Made by a program: the position numbers and the translations under genes. Under the pieces are notes generated by a model. It was not told the DNA's origin and ran no database searches. It worked only from the letters and a program-made list of their open reading frames with translations. From Botryllus schlosseri (lineage: Eukaryota): a DNA stretch of 64,000 bases. The DNA lies in the NCBI GenBank assembly GCA_051294905.1, contig CM119379.1:5890001-5954000 (forward strand). The letters are read 5' to 3'. Shown here piece after piece: positions 27,701 through 42,700 of this stretch; the stretch's first letter is position 1, and each line of letters starts with the position of its first letter.

Positions 27701-30700
27701 GTTGATATTAACAAAGTTCTGTTGTTATAAACGACTTTTCTGCGTTTAGTAGATACATAACCACTTTCAATAATATGAAACTGCGATGCCTTGCGGTAGA
27801 AAAACCGTAATACGTCAAAAAGGCCACTCGGTATTTCTAGGTAGTTCTGTGTATAACTTTTTTACTTGTACTAGATGGGCGATGAAAATCATAGGTAAGG
27901 TGGCCTACATAAAATAAATAAAAGTCAAGAAGTTTCAGACGAACAGCTTAAGATATGACTGAATGCCAGCTCTTCAAAAATGAAAATGCGTCAAAAAAGC
28001 CACTTGATCGTTCTAGTGTTAAGCTATAGGAAATACATCAATAATAATTCACAAATATGGTGGTAACGTGGGAATTATTTTTACGGTTAAAGTCAAATTC
28101 ATCAAGTAGTCAGTAAATAAATTTGTGAATTATTGACGTACGTAAGACACGCTCCTTCAGACATTGGGGGAAGCCATCCGGAATAGATGACGGCCGCTTC
28201 GCCTGGTAGTCTGGGGCTAGAAGCTTCGATATAGATATAATAATCGTCGCCCGTTGTGTGATCTCCAGATGGCCCAGAGTTGTCCGTCGACGTGGGCCCT
28301 TTCCTAAGAGTCCAATCGAATTGATCTGAAACAAGACACGAATAACTAACTATTACCGGAAAGTGCCTTTATCAGTTTAGCGCCAGGGCCAATAGTCCAA
28401 GTCACACTGAATTACATTAATCAAAATCATGCTTCAATGCTTTTTTGCTTTTAACACTGTCATTTCGTGCAACAGTATTCTATATAGTAATGTAATAGAT
28501 GTGTTATGTGTAGGGTTACCATATTTTGAGATTGAAAAAGGAGCACACTTTTCTCAGACTCCAAAAGTTACTGAAGCTGAATAGGAAACCGTATTTTTTT
28601 CCGATATGACTACCGCGTAACCCGCTGTCTATCTTTTACGCCAAAATTTAACATCCATTGTGGTCTTTTTGAGCATTTTAGACTAAAAAGGAGGACATTC
28701 GGAAGGAGGATGGACATTTCTTCAAAAACGAGGACATATCCTACCAAATGAGGACGTACGGTAACCCTAGTGATGAGGGAGATTTTTGTTTTGTGACTAG
28801 GGGGAAATTTGGGGTTTGCGGACGGCTTGCAGATTTGCATAATGATTCAAATGATCCGACAAGATAGCGTAATGGTGAAGCGTCCGTCTTTTTGATCGGT
28901 AGGTCGTGGGTTCGATCCCCAGCCGGGTCAGACCAAAGACCTGATTAGTAACACTGGTATCCATGACTTCCATGCTTGGCGCTCATGCATTACTGGGTTA
29001 GCATGGACGGGTGGTGCATGACTTAGAAAGTCGTAAAGGCTATATCTGCACTTCCTTGTCAAGCGGCATATGCACATCATGCACTCATGGTATGCATATG
29101 CACAGATCGTATGTATGTGTATCATGAGTCGGTGTATATGCCGCAAAAAACATCAAGGACAAAAATAAACTACGGTACGTCCTTTCATTTCATCATGTTT
29201 TTAAGATTAAGAATTAATGCTTTAGGCCTATCAACATCACAGGCCTGAAATATCGTTGTACTCCATTATTGCACTGATTCCAGCGTAATCATATTCCTAT
29301 TTTCAGAAGTGGCCAACCGAAATTGCTTTTCAATTAAATGGAAAACTAATTTCAAAACTAATTTCGAATTTACAATATAAAAAGAACTTCTTGGAGGTAC
29401 AAAACTTCAATATACAATTGAATAGTATATTCATATTGAAATGAACCCGAATATTTTCAGCTGACACTCGTCAGGGGTAATCGTCAGCAACTAGTAGAGA
29501 AATGGAGAGAACATTGTATATCAACAATAGTATCACAAAATATGACGTCACCAGCATGAAATTTCGAATAAGAGAGCGTTAAATGTATTATATTTAGATG
29601 GTACACAAACTGCTGGTGTATTTCGATAAAAGTCGGCCCCAGCCGAAAATAATCGGGGTCATTTCAATATGAATATACTATTCAACATAACAAAAAGGTA
29701 AAAGTAATTCGTTTTGGTTAAAGACTTTAGTAAAAGTGGAAGCAGCCTGAGAACATATCCAATTGAGTAGGTAGTGCAAGTACGCAGTACCTACTTCAGT
29801 ACTCTAAACAAGTAGAAGTAATTCGTTGCTGACCGCCGCTGGTCATAAACACAAAATTTTGACACAGTTGGAAAAAGTTATAAAACCATCAGTGACTACA
29901 TTGACCACATCAGATTGTAATCAAAATCCAATGGTAAAATTACCTTCGTCACTTTGCATCCACGAACATATGCTACCCGAGTAAAATGAACAATCAGCAA
30001 TACTGAGCTTGTACCCAGAAGGGTAGGAATCAGCAGGAGTCTGTTCACATCTTGCGTTATCCGTGTATCTGATGTCGTCAATAGCGATCATCCCACCAGC
30101 TGAATAGCTTGTTGAACCGCGGATAACAAAGTTGAACTCAACATTGCTCGATAACGTAACCTGTGTTCACGAAAAAAGAAAATTGCTACGAGTTTGCATA
30201 CGAAAACCTCGATGCTCTAACGAGAATATTGTATCATTATAGATGAAGGTAAATTGAATTCAATGGAACAGTACTGCTTAGTGAACGTAAATATATTCGC
30301 AAGTAGTGGCGGCAAAGTAATTATAAGCAGGGTAATAAACCAGTGTAATAATACAATTGGAAATATATCCTGAAAGTACAACACTAGCACTAGCATAAAA
30401 GAATGGAAAAGCAATAACAGACATATAGTGCAAATGGGGTTTGTTGTCTGGAACACATAATATTTTTACAGCAGACGCAAAATCAAGAACTTAAGTAAAA
30501 TCATGTTCCTAGGTATAAGTGTGTAATAACTTTGCTGAACAGGTTTTCAGAAAACACACATAAGGTAGTCAAGTTTGAAAATTTATTCTAAAACGGAAGC
30601 GATGCCGTTGTTTACTACCATATTCACCAAAATCAGTGTTTCTTTAATCAAGTCCTCTGTGCTTTAGGGGCTGGAACTCTCTACAAGTAGACCTCAGAGA

Positions 30701-33700
30701 TCTGCCCGACCATCTATTTAAAAAACGTTATCGGAAATATATATTAGATGAGTATACTGACTAAATGCTGATAATGAAATGACTGTCTTGTGTTGTTAAG
30801 TACCATGAGATTTGCTACTGATGCAGACTCAGTTCTGCGCTGTGTTGTTTATATAGCTCGATGTATCCTTGTAAAAATTTATCTCTGCATTTCTTGCAGT
30901 TTTGTATATCTATTTTCATTTGTTATGCGCCGTTGATTGTAATGTGTTATACTCCTTCAGGTGGCGACTGTGTACTAAGGCCTTGCGGCCCCTCGTCGTC
31001 ATCCTGGTCAGTACCGGGTTTTCGCTGGTATGACAAAATAAATGATTAATTGATTGATATATCAATATTTTTGGGCAATAGATACATCCTAGACAACTGG
31101 GCGTCTATTGAAAGAATATTTTATGCGGAAATGGCTTCAAATAAGTCGAGTACAGGAAGTATGGACAAACAAAGATGCCAGAAACTGTCACCTTTGTACA
31201 TTATCTCACTTACATCATCAGACTAGCATTAGCATGTGCAATTGTACATACGTCTGGATGATCTTTGAATAATTATTTATAGGAATTTTGACGTGAACTG
31301 CTTAATGAGCAATACGAAAATCTCTGAAAGACGGCAATGTTCAATTAAAACAATTGATAACCACTGATCCCGTCAAAGAAATTTCCATGGTAAAGTAAGC
31401 TCTATTGAGATAACACATTGTTTCGACAAATTTTAATGATAGGAGTATAAAGAAAATGAGTAGGCTACTATGCCCTAATGAAGCTACCTGTCCATTTTCC
31501 CAACCGTTAGTTGGATTGTATCCTTGCTCCCAGAGTACGTAAGTCTCTGTCCCATCGTAAATATCATGAGTTCCTGGGATACCTTGAGACATCCAAACGC
31601 CTATATCCCCGGTGCTCGAACCGCCGAGATAGTACCAAAAACTGAGGCAGGCCGTTCCAAACGTAGGCACCATGTTGGTTGATAGTAAATTGGCTACTTC
31701 ATGGTCACTAGCCCCCAATCGTTGTAGGTAGAGATAGTGTCCCTGAAATTGACCGAAACTTGGTGTCAACGGGATATATTTTCAATGACAAGCAGGTAAA
31801 GCTCTTGGTGTTCGTTTAGTTGCTTCAGCGCTTCAAATCCTGCAACGCTTGTGCACAGAACAGATCTCAAATTGATGATAAATGTAATGAAAAGAAGCTT
31901 CGCCTTAAAGATTACATATCAATATGATATAAACACAAACAAAACGATGAACCTATCGATTAATTTATTTGTACCAATTCGTTGGGAAACGGAATCTTAT
32001 CAATGATATATACAATATATTAGGATTCTACTACTGAAATATAAAATGATTACTCCTGGGGTGTATAGCCTCTTTGCCTGCTAGTGTCATAAGGGCGTGA
32101 ACAGAGTTGTGACATCGTTAGGAATTGGTAAATTTGGAGTCACACAATAATGCTTGAAGAGTTTCTCGGAGGTAAAAAACAATGGTATCACACAACAATC
32201 AAATTGAATGTCATTTACCTATTCAAAACGGCCGACTAAAATGGAGCAGTGCGTTGGTTTGAAATTACCATACTTTCGACAAGCTCGAAACACAGAATAT
32301 ATTTCGAAATATAATATATATAATACAACATCATTCATAACGTAGAGCGCAAAACTTGAAGGATGCACTGAAACAGTCGGATTTCTCAAATTGCACACTA
32401 TCACCCGCGTCACTGGCAAAAGGCATGCAACTGTGACTTGGGTAATGGAGCCTCACGCTATTCAAAGTTGAAGTCCTAAACTCAGCTGTGTTCCATCATC
32501 AACACTCAAAATTCTATACTATCAACGTAAGATTGCTCTTACTTTGTCAGTCCCTAGAGTATTATCAATAGGCGGTGCAAGCAGTGGGTCAACAGCAGAT
32601 CCAGAGCCGATTATCCAGTCAATGGAGTCCTGCTGCTTATCGTTTACGAACGTGCACAATCCCTAAAATTTAAAATGTTCACATTCGATGCAGTTTATGT
32701 CATGACATATTCGGATACCTTCTCAAAGTCGCAAGAGGCCACAGCCTCACAAGCTCCAGATGTGGTAATTATGACGTCGTCGATGGCAATGTCTCCGTAG
32801 TAGGTTTTGCCTATTTCTCCTTCAAATACCAACTGGTATGGCCCGGTGTTGATGTAGGTAACCTGAAAGGGGGTTCAATGACAATGTGTGCGTACAGACG
32901 GACAGTCAGTAGACATTTGATCAGGACAGATGTCACTTGAATGAAAAATACAAAAAACAAAAAGGGGAAAAAGGTGTTGAAACAAGTTCTTCCGAATTTA
33001 CGTCAACTAATATATTCATGATAATCCCAGGCCACTAAAGTATGCTCTTCATGCAAAATTTCATATTTTTAGTGCTTATAAATCAAACGCGAAAACTACT
33101 TACATGTACAATGTGCTTACACACAAAAATGTTCAATTGAAATAGTTACATGACTGTAAGTAATTTTTGTATTAAACGAGTGGTACCCATAATTTTTCAT
33201 TATGCAAGCTACTTGGAGTGCAGGGGTCGCCAACTCAAAACGGGTCGCGGGCCACTTATCAAATTTTGTAGCGGCCGCGGGCCGCATGAATTCAATATTG
33301 ATATAAAATTGGCAACGTTTTAAAACTCTACGACAGTACAACGCTGTGCTACCTTACGTTGGCGATGGACATAGTGACCAGTGACCACATAAGAAGTAAT
33401 ATTTTATTGAACTAATACAAATACAACAAAAATTGTCATCATCAATTTCATTTTAATTGTGAACTCTGAGCTGTGCTCGATACATGGAAATGCTTTTCAG
33501 CGACTAAGGAATCGATATTGGGGTTAGTAAGATACGTTACTAGCGGAAAGACCATCTCCCGTAACGCTTGATCTTGTTGGGAAGCCCTAAGCCAGTGGTT
33601 TCCAAACTTTTTTAGACACGCCCCCAATTATGATACTGAAAATTTTTGAGATCTCTTTATAGTCATATCGCAAAATGCAACCAGAATGCTAGCAATCCAA

Positions 33701-36700
33701 ACGGATAGTTTGATGGCATGGAAGGTTATGACTGTTGATAAGAGCATTATATGAAATGAACTTCGGACTATACACAGAGCAATGACTATGAATTTGAGGT
33801 GAAGCGCTCGGAGTGCGAAACAATTTCCAGTTGACTGCAATTCCGCACCCCTTCAAATCCTTTCACGCCCCCATACAGGGTCGTGCCCCCCAGTTTGAGA
33901 GTCACTGCCCTAAGCCTTTTTCTTAGCGACTCGGTCTTGGCATTGTTTGGGCCATTGTACGTCGAGGCAATATGCGCATTCATATCAGCTGATTCTCCCT
34001 CGGTAGAATACTGTTGCCATCTCCAAAGCCGTTTCAGCCAGCGAAGAATACTGATGTTGGACACAGAAAAATAGCTTATTTTGAAACAATCACAACCATA
34101 TGTTGAAACTGTAGTCGATTTCAGCATTTCAGAATGGTTTTCTTATCTTTCTTCCGAAATCTCAAATTAAGTCATGGGCCGTGAGTTGGTGACTCCTGCT
34201 ATAGTGAAAAGGTTCTACCTACAGTCCTACACAGGCAAATGATATGAGTAAAGAGTTTTTACCAAAACCCAAGCTAACCGGCAATTGGCACAGGTGCGTA
34301 GTAACCTAAATGAGAGAGTGTATTCAAAAGTCATTTGATTGGCCGTACTGTCTACTAATGATTATATCATAGGTAATAGGCAAATGTAGATATCTTTTGT
34401 GATCCAATCAGCTAATAATAGCTTAGCAATTGCCTGGTAGATTTGCGTGTTTGCCCCATTATGAATTAGAAGATATTATTTAATTATCGTATCAAATTCG
34501 AAGCTTTTATGCAATGAAATACCATCAAAACATTAGAATTCCACTTGAATCTGAATGCGTCTCATCACTATTACACGGAATTATCGATATTCAGTGGATC
34601 TTGTAGAAGTCAACATAGCAAGTGGTATTTAATCATTTAGTTTCAGTACCTCCATGTAATATTTTGAACACAGGTACAAAAGTACATGGCATGATATCCA
34701 ATCTAACCTGAGCAATACGCCAACCGTTCCCTTGATCACCGGACTTCATCCATATAGGATCCGTCAGCGTGACCGTGTCACTTCCAGTAGGCATCCCAAA
34801 CAATCGAAGATAGCCAACGTCTTGTCCATACATATGGTAGAAGAAGGTAATGCATTCGGTGCCGCCGCCCGTTGTAGAGTATTGGGTGAAGGAACGGCTT
34901 ATGATACGAGATTTCTCCCCGACTACCCTGGGGCTTGACGCTTCGATGTACATGTATCTTCCGTACTCTGTTCCATATGTGTGATCGTAAAACGGTCCTG
35001 AATTCACAGTTCCGGTGCCTTTTGAAAGATTTTTGTGGTTATGATGGGGTTTCTCACACTCTCTTATAACATAAACACATTATTTTGTGATCAGTTTTAT
35101 TTGCTTTCAATTCCTGTTCTGAGTCAAGTGTACCTGTTTGATGCTGGTGTGATCAGACTAGATGACCTTCACGGTCTTATCGATCATTCCTATCTAATAC
35201 CGAATACTATGCACGCATATTTTCTGTACCACCATCACTGCCGTTTGTTATGTATTTTGGTTCGATGAAAATAAAGACTCTCTCTCTCTCTCTCAAATAA
35301 CGAAAAATCTTCTATCTGAAAATGATTCTTCACAAACCACCATGGCATAGTTTTATTTGTCCAAACCTCCAAAGTTATTGTAATTTTTATACCTCCTGAA
35401 TTCTGCAGCCAATTGAAGTCGTCAGTAGGATCTTGCGTGTAGCCGCAAGCTAAATCGTCTTCAAAGGTACAGTATAGGTCAGCGTCGTCTGGTGCTGGAC
35501 AGAGTCCAGGCTTCATTTCAATATCATCAATGGATATGTCACCATAATAAGAGGCACCACGGACACCTTCGAAAACGATCTGTAAAATATGTACACGGTC
35601 AGAGATACTGTGCAATATCAAGGATTGCATCTTTACAAAGGGGTAGGATGGTTTTGACAGTTACCGTTACCTCTTCTACTACAACCTTTATAAGTAATGC
35701 CTGTATGGGATAGAGGAACACGAAGAGATTTTGTTGTTGTCGCCATTCACAGCTATTACGTTGCAACTTAGCAAGATATAACAAATATTTCAAAAGCTTC
35801 AAGGCTCATAAACATCTACGACTTTATGCGGCATACACTATGGGTTTAAAGAATAACACTAGTACAGAAAATTAGGGATTCCTTTTCTATATTTTTGATA
35901 AACTTCGAAATATCAATTTCAAAGTTTTAGCTTTCTAATGCATCAGTCTTATCATATATATCGTAAGTAATATTTACTCTGTTCTACTAATAGTTGAGGC
36001 ATGAAAAAATTACTTGTGACTGATTCTTTATTGAATTGGAAATTAGCGTTTTGAGTATTTAATCATTGTGATGCCATGCATGGAAAAACACAAAACAATG
36101 CCGTCTCTTCTGTAAGATGAAAAATACATAATTCTTAAAATCCAAGAATATAGCACATTAGTCAACTGACGAACATGATGTTGATAACGGTGTTGCATAT
36201 CACTCTCGACTTTACAGAAACTACGTTTTAAGGAAAACGCGCAATCTGTTGCATCATGTCAGACGCTACCAAGATACAGACCGGGCTTTAACAACTATTG
36301 TGTAGTGAAATTGTACTTATCTAAAAATATAACACTTCAGTATAGTCATTAGAAGACTGAAATGACTTTCATTGATACGCAACGTAGGAACCAGTACTCA
36401 AATTATTGTGTCCAGACAATCACGGGAGTGAAAAATAAGCTACTACAATACCCATGCCCATTATTGGTGAAACATTTACCAGTGGTGAATCAAAGCCAAA
36501 AAATTTTGGGTTACCTGATAATCGACGTCACTTATGATATCAATAATGGCCGGGAACCAAACATTGGCCAGCGATCCTTCATGAGACCAGATCACCGTTC
36601 CATTATTGGTGTCAGTTGTCTTCTTCAAATACACCGAAAGAGTATCAATTTGACTCCCGTACGCATGATACCTTAAAAAGGTATAGTGAAGAAGGTAAGC

Positions 36701-39700
36701 ATGTCATACATCGAGTATAAGTTCAAAAAGATTCACCAAAAATGCAAGCAAGAGCCCCTAGTCGACGGTCCAATTGCACTTGTCAACCATGCGAAGTCAC
36801 CAGCTTCGTTATCCGAAGCTTCTATGTACATGTAGTATCCGTTAGCATTGCCGAGGGTGTGATCAAACGAAGGACCGGTGCTTGAAGATGAAGTTCCTCC
36901 TTTGTGACGACTCCAATCGAATATGTCAAGTTTGGACTGAAAACAACAGGCAAAGATGCAGTAACCTGACCTAGGGCGTCAAAATTATTCACACATGAGA
37001 CGCTTTCTTATTATGTTGCTTTTCCTACTGGGTGCGTGTATTATAGAATCGAATAGTGAATTTGACTATTCTCAATCAGCTGCGATCGATGTTGTGTATC
37101 AAGGATAAATCATTTTTTGTATGGCCTGATTCAAGGTTGGTGGAGTCGGGGTGTTTTAAGAGAATCAAAATACTGAAAATAGGCAGATATGTGGGTCACA
37201 CACGATCGGCAACATATTGGCACATAAAATCATTCAAGTCTTTCTAACTTACATCAATCACTTGTGTAATTACGTATTTTCCCAGTTATTTCCTGTGTTG
37301 ATAAGTGGGATTACAACCTCGAATAGTCAACTCGCACACATATACATACTCTGATGATATCTGTAGTGTCCTAACAACATGAAGGAATCCTTTTCATCAA
37401 GTTTACCAGCTATATTCCGAGGCTACAATCCAATTGGGTATTTATGTTGAGTATTAGAGGAAAACCATCTTTTCTATGAGTGGCTCAATTTGGTGTTGAA
37501 AGTTTAATGTCCAACAGAGAAGTGAAAACTCATGTGTGGGCCACATTCAATTGTATTATTGCAGTGGTCGAGAACCATATTTGGAATGTTCCCATGGTAG
37601 AGTGTCATGAACAGCTGTGTCAGAAATGTGTATTTGTTTGTTTGTTTTGGGGTATTCATGGTGTTTGTCGACTACTATGGTCATTTACACCAGGCCGACA
37701 TTCCTCTTATTTTTCCGTAACTGCCGACTTATAGCACGGCCCACCTCTAAGCTTTTTGTAAGACACCGCTGACGCGGATGAGGTGGCGAGGAGGAGCCTA
37801 GGTAAACCTCCAACACTTAGGTATCGGAATTCGGAAGTCGACCTCGGTCGGACTCGAACCCGCACCCATTGGTGTTGCAGCCGCGGATTATACCACTGCG
37901 CTATGTGTATTTGTCACTCCTAACTGATTATATTTAATTAAAGATGGAATATAACTCTCTCTCACCTGTGTATACTGACAAATCCCACTTTCAAAGTCGC
38001 AATTGTACGGACCATCCGGAATGGGCGCTCTCGTCGTAGCTTTAGTGGTAGTAGGCGGAGTCGTGGTGTAAATACCTTCGCCGGCTTCCACGGGTTGAAC
38101 CGAGCACACAAATTGCAGAAATTGAATGTCGTCGATCGCGACATGACCGGTATTTCCAGACGCCAAAACATACTCAAACACGATCTGTAAGAAAAATAAT
38201 GAAGTATCCTTGCCTAATTTAAAGTATCACAAACCACACCTTATATGGATTGATCGAGCTGTACAATGGCAATGTGGCTTCCAGCCAGGTATCGCCTTGA
38301 TCTCCGCTGAGGGTCCATCTCAAATCCAAGAGAATCAACGCGCCGGCGTGGGAACTGGCATACACGTTTAGTGTTCCTGTCACAAAAGTGTTAGCGGGTT
38401 GAATTTCCAATGTTTGCTGTAGCACGTTCCGAAGTGTCGTAGGTTAGTATGGGCTCCTCATTCCAGCAGATGACAAATGTCGGATATATAATGAAAGAAC
38501 AATGAAGGGTCAAAAAATAGACAGCAGAATACTGTTATGTTAATAATATTATTACCACAGGTAATCTTAATATTAGATTAACGGACAGCACTCGGTCGTT
38601 TCGGCATCCTCCTATTTGTTCATTACACGGCATTGTGTATGTTTCTCATAGTGCATTATATACCCTGAGCTGATGAAAAGACTTATACTGTACTGTAAAC
38701 GTGTAGTCTACTTATAAGCATTTTCCACAGCAAGTTAAATAAAGAAGTACAAACATTAGATATTTCAAATGTACTTTAGAATTGATGGATTGGTGATTAA
38801 ATAGAAATGACAGCATATTTTCAATTCATGGAAAGAGTGACATTTTATCGTAGTTTAAATATTTTGGAAATAATTACAACCTCACAAAACATACCTGTAC
38901 TGCTTCCAGCCATACTGTAATAGAATCTCAAACAATTGGCGTGATTCGCTGGTAACGTGGTGGAGTAGATTTGTGCTTTCTGACCAGCCGTATGACCGAT
39001 GGAATCTCCCACGTACAAGTAGTGACCTATTACAAAACAAGCAGAAGATAATGAATGAGTGTAACCAATCGCGTACTATGGAAGAAATAGGCCAAAACAG
39101 GTTTGGTGAGAAAAACAGGTCTGTCTGAATAAGCTTAATACTTAGGTCAAGCTAAAGGTAAACTAAAGTATAGTACCCTTTGTAAGATTTCATAAATGAA
39201 AATATAGTAATAAATACATCTTTAGGAGATAGGTACCAAATGACAGACTTGGTACAGTATCATGGAAAAAGTATCAATTGCCAGTAAATATTCATATGAG
39301 ATGAATTAATACAGTGTGATTTATAACGAAACAAATAATAAATAAAGGCAGGTTAGGACGATATATATTATGATTTATCAGTACTTACCCAGGTCAGATC
39401 CAAATGTGTGGTCCATGATCGGGGCATCAGTCTGGACAGGCTGCTTGCCCTGCCCAACAGTCCAATCAAAGTCAGCCGGTGCAATTCCGGATGCCGCCGA
39501 TCCCTTTGCATTATTTTGCCACGTACACCTTCCATTTTCAAAGTCGCAATTTCCTTGCACCGGACAAGAGCCGTCTCGCACAAGAACGTCGTCAAACGCA
39601 ATAATGTCCGGATTTGTAAAGCTTATAGCAGATCCAAGTATAGCTTCAAAGGTGACCTGAAATTGTACATATGAGTATTCTTGATCACAATATTCGCAAC

Positions 39701-42700
39701 ATAGCCACACAAAATTGGATGAGATTTGACCAAGTTCTAGGCTGCAACCAACGTACAGGCAATAAGCAAACAAAGCATATCGAATCTTTTGATATAAATT
39801 GGATTATATTTACCATGAATTCGATACGTATGTTGATAGTAAAGTGTTGATAAATTCCAGACTCCTATTATTGGCAAACCAATAAATATAATCATATCAG
39901 TGGACAAGGTTGCAACATTGGGACTTGTTAGTCACCAAGTAACGTCTAACATACCCAACTGAAAGACAGACCATAAAGTCATATACTGTTGAGGTGAGAA
40001 TCACCCTCTTTCAATATCTTTCATGTTTTTATTGTAAAAAATTAATCATTCCTCCGACAAGTGTGTCTTAATACACCTCAAAAGACATTAACCAGGCACA
40101 AAAATCATAACCTATGTCACGGTAAGTCATAAAAGATTATGAAATATTTTTGGACAGCTGGAATAGTTAAAATTGTAACCGTGACCTGTGATTCTATTAC
40201 AACTGACTCACCTCAAAATAACTGTTGCTCGAAATCGAAACTTGCGCCAGATTCCACAAGTCGCCCTGCTCGCCGATCATAGCCCAAATCGGGTTTCCGA
40301 GATTCAAATCACGTCTCAAATAAGTGTACAACGATCCCACATAGTCTCCATGCATGTAGTACCAGAATTCCAGACAACTCGCGGTGGTAGCGGGTGTCGA
40401 TTGTAAGAAAAATCGTATCTTCTCTCCCAAACCATATCCTTGCAATGTCGGGACAAACATGAACTTTCCGTATTGTGTTTCGTAGGTGTGATCCGTTTTA
40501 GGGGCATTTGGATACACCGCCGTGTCGAGACCACTGCCGTGCAGCCAGTCGTGGAGGTTAGCCGGGTCATTTGTGCCGGAGCACACACCCTCGTCTTCAA
40601 AGTCACAGTGGTTGAGCTCGTGCGTCGTACATTCTCCGGGTCTCAAGTACACGTCGTCTATAGCGATATCACCTGCACAAATTAATATGTGAAAGAGATG
40701 GACAAAATTAGTACCAGTGGCAGAAGTAGATGTTGCGAGGACCAACTAATTATTTTAGTCATAGAGAGAGAGAGTCTTTATTTTCATCCAACCAAGATAC
40801 ATAAAAAGCAGACGGCAATGATAGTGGTACAGAAAATATGCATGCACAGTATTAGGTATCAGACAGGAATGATCGATACGACCGTGAATGTCAACTAGTC
40901 TGATCACACCCGCATCAAACTGGTACACTTGACTCTATACAGTCTGGCTGTAAAAAATGTTAGTTTAAAAAGTAAAATAAAAACGAAAAAGTAAACGATG
41001 GTAGCAAATGATCAATAAAGCAATGTCTGGACAAGGTAGGACAACAGTGTTAATATAACGTCAAGAGGTGATTAAGTAGGTCATTTTTGACTATAGGGCA
41101 ATTCACGAATATCTTGTGGTAATTCATTCCAGGTGATAGGTCCGTAGCAGTCGATAGATCTCTTAGTTAGGTTGCTATTGGGTGGGTTAAAGTAGATATT
41201 TCCCTTTGATGACGATCTCATGTAATGGGAGTGGACATTTTTAGCAGGTATGAAAAAGTCATCAAACACATGAGGCAAACTATTGGAAAAATATTTGTGT
41301 ATAACTTTTGATACTTCGCAGAGATATAGTTTTGTCAAAAGAATCTAAAAGTGGAAGTGCAGGTAATCAAGCATTCTAAAATCACAGACAAAGCCTACTT
41401 GAGTACTCCATAAAAGTAGAGTGACCTACTTCATTACTGGCCACCGGATATATGGTTATACTTGTCGTAGGTGGCAAAGTAGTGTAGGTACTATGGCACA
41501 ACTAGTTATCATTAGCATTGCGTAAAATCGAGTTTTAGGGCTCGAGCTGAGTATTCGAGATGGTGTAGTGGTGAGCGTCGGCGCCATGTAAGAATAGATA
41601 TGTCATTTTACTAATGTGGGTAGCTTTATACTACGTTTCGTAAACAGTCGTACGGCCAATCCAGGTTTACAGCCTTCTACAGTAAAAAATAGTATCAAAC
41701 AATACTTCTGATCGATAAATTAACTCTTCGTGGGAATTGGCATCAAAATTCAGTACTCGAATCATCAATATTAATGCTCGATCTAGATTCAAATACTCAC
41801 TGAATCACTGCGCCCAGCCCTAGTTATCATTTCATGAAGAACATAACGTGTCACATTATTGAGCCCTGATATTAGTTACACATACGCAACACATGATATG
41901 ACGTCACTCGATCATTTGTGAAGCATAAAACGCACACAATTTCGAGAGAATCGATGAGACATCTGTGTTGAGTAATACCTATGGATTCAAGAAGTCGTAT
42001 GCACAAGACAGGACTTGAATAGAAACTTACGGCTTAACTTCTACTTCTACTTGAGGTCGAACAATAACTACTTTGACAACCTCTAGCAGTCAGCAATGGA
42101 GAATACTCTTACCATACCGAAACCAAGATTTCTGTTTTTATTGGCTTAGACAGTTTTCTTGGACTACATCCTCATCTACTTGCTGCTTCTAGTTTCTACA
42201 TCGCATGTGTGAAGGACTAATGACATCACGTGAATATATTTTGAAATATCTTTTATGTTCATTACTCCCACCAATAACCAATCCATTTGCACTAAATCAA
42301 TCTAAAATACTTATTTTTTATTCATTCGGCACTAGACCCGACAAGAGGAATATGCACATCAAATTAGCCATCATTAATTGTTCGTACTTCAACAAATTCA
42401 GCACAGGACAATATTACAACTTTTATAGAGATCAGTCAATCTAGTTTGTGCCTACAGAAGAAGCTCTTGTATGAATAAAAATTTGTATGGTGAAGCTGCA
42501 CGATATGTTTGCCTGGATAATTCGAATTTATATGTATGTGGCATCTTAATTGATGATAAATATGTTTATCTACAAAGTTTTTGGAAATTTCCAGTTGCTG
42601 AAAATTGCCCTGAAGTCACCTCGAAAGTATTTGGGTTCATTCCAAATATGAATATATGTTCAATAGTATAATACAAAATTTAACGACTTACCAAACACCT

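Noticed and set aside
32380-32515. Extra exon between exons 37 and 38
   Set aside because: No MAM-like frame, and exon 37 (phase 0, ...GTDK) joins exon 38 (GHYLYL...) directly.
37330-37530. Reverse transcriptase fragment (YSDDIC ... EWL...KFNV)
   Set aside because: Only two short motif-like words in different frames; too weak without a profile search.
37840-37908. tRNA-Cys gene (and tRNA-like heads at 28861 and 41560)
   Set aside because: A and B boxes are present, but the acceptor and anticodon stems do not pair and SINE-like body sequence follows.
38669-38710. CTGATGA motifs at about 38670, 19756, 7510 and 37351 as further hammerheads
   Set aside because: No correctly placed GAAA, UH site or helix I. 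CTGATGA alone is expected by chance in 64 kb.
41536-41822. TAGGGCTG-type MITE
   Set aside because: The terminal match is imperfect and there is no TSD; left unannotated.
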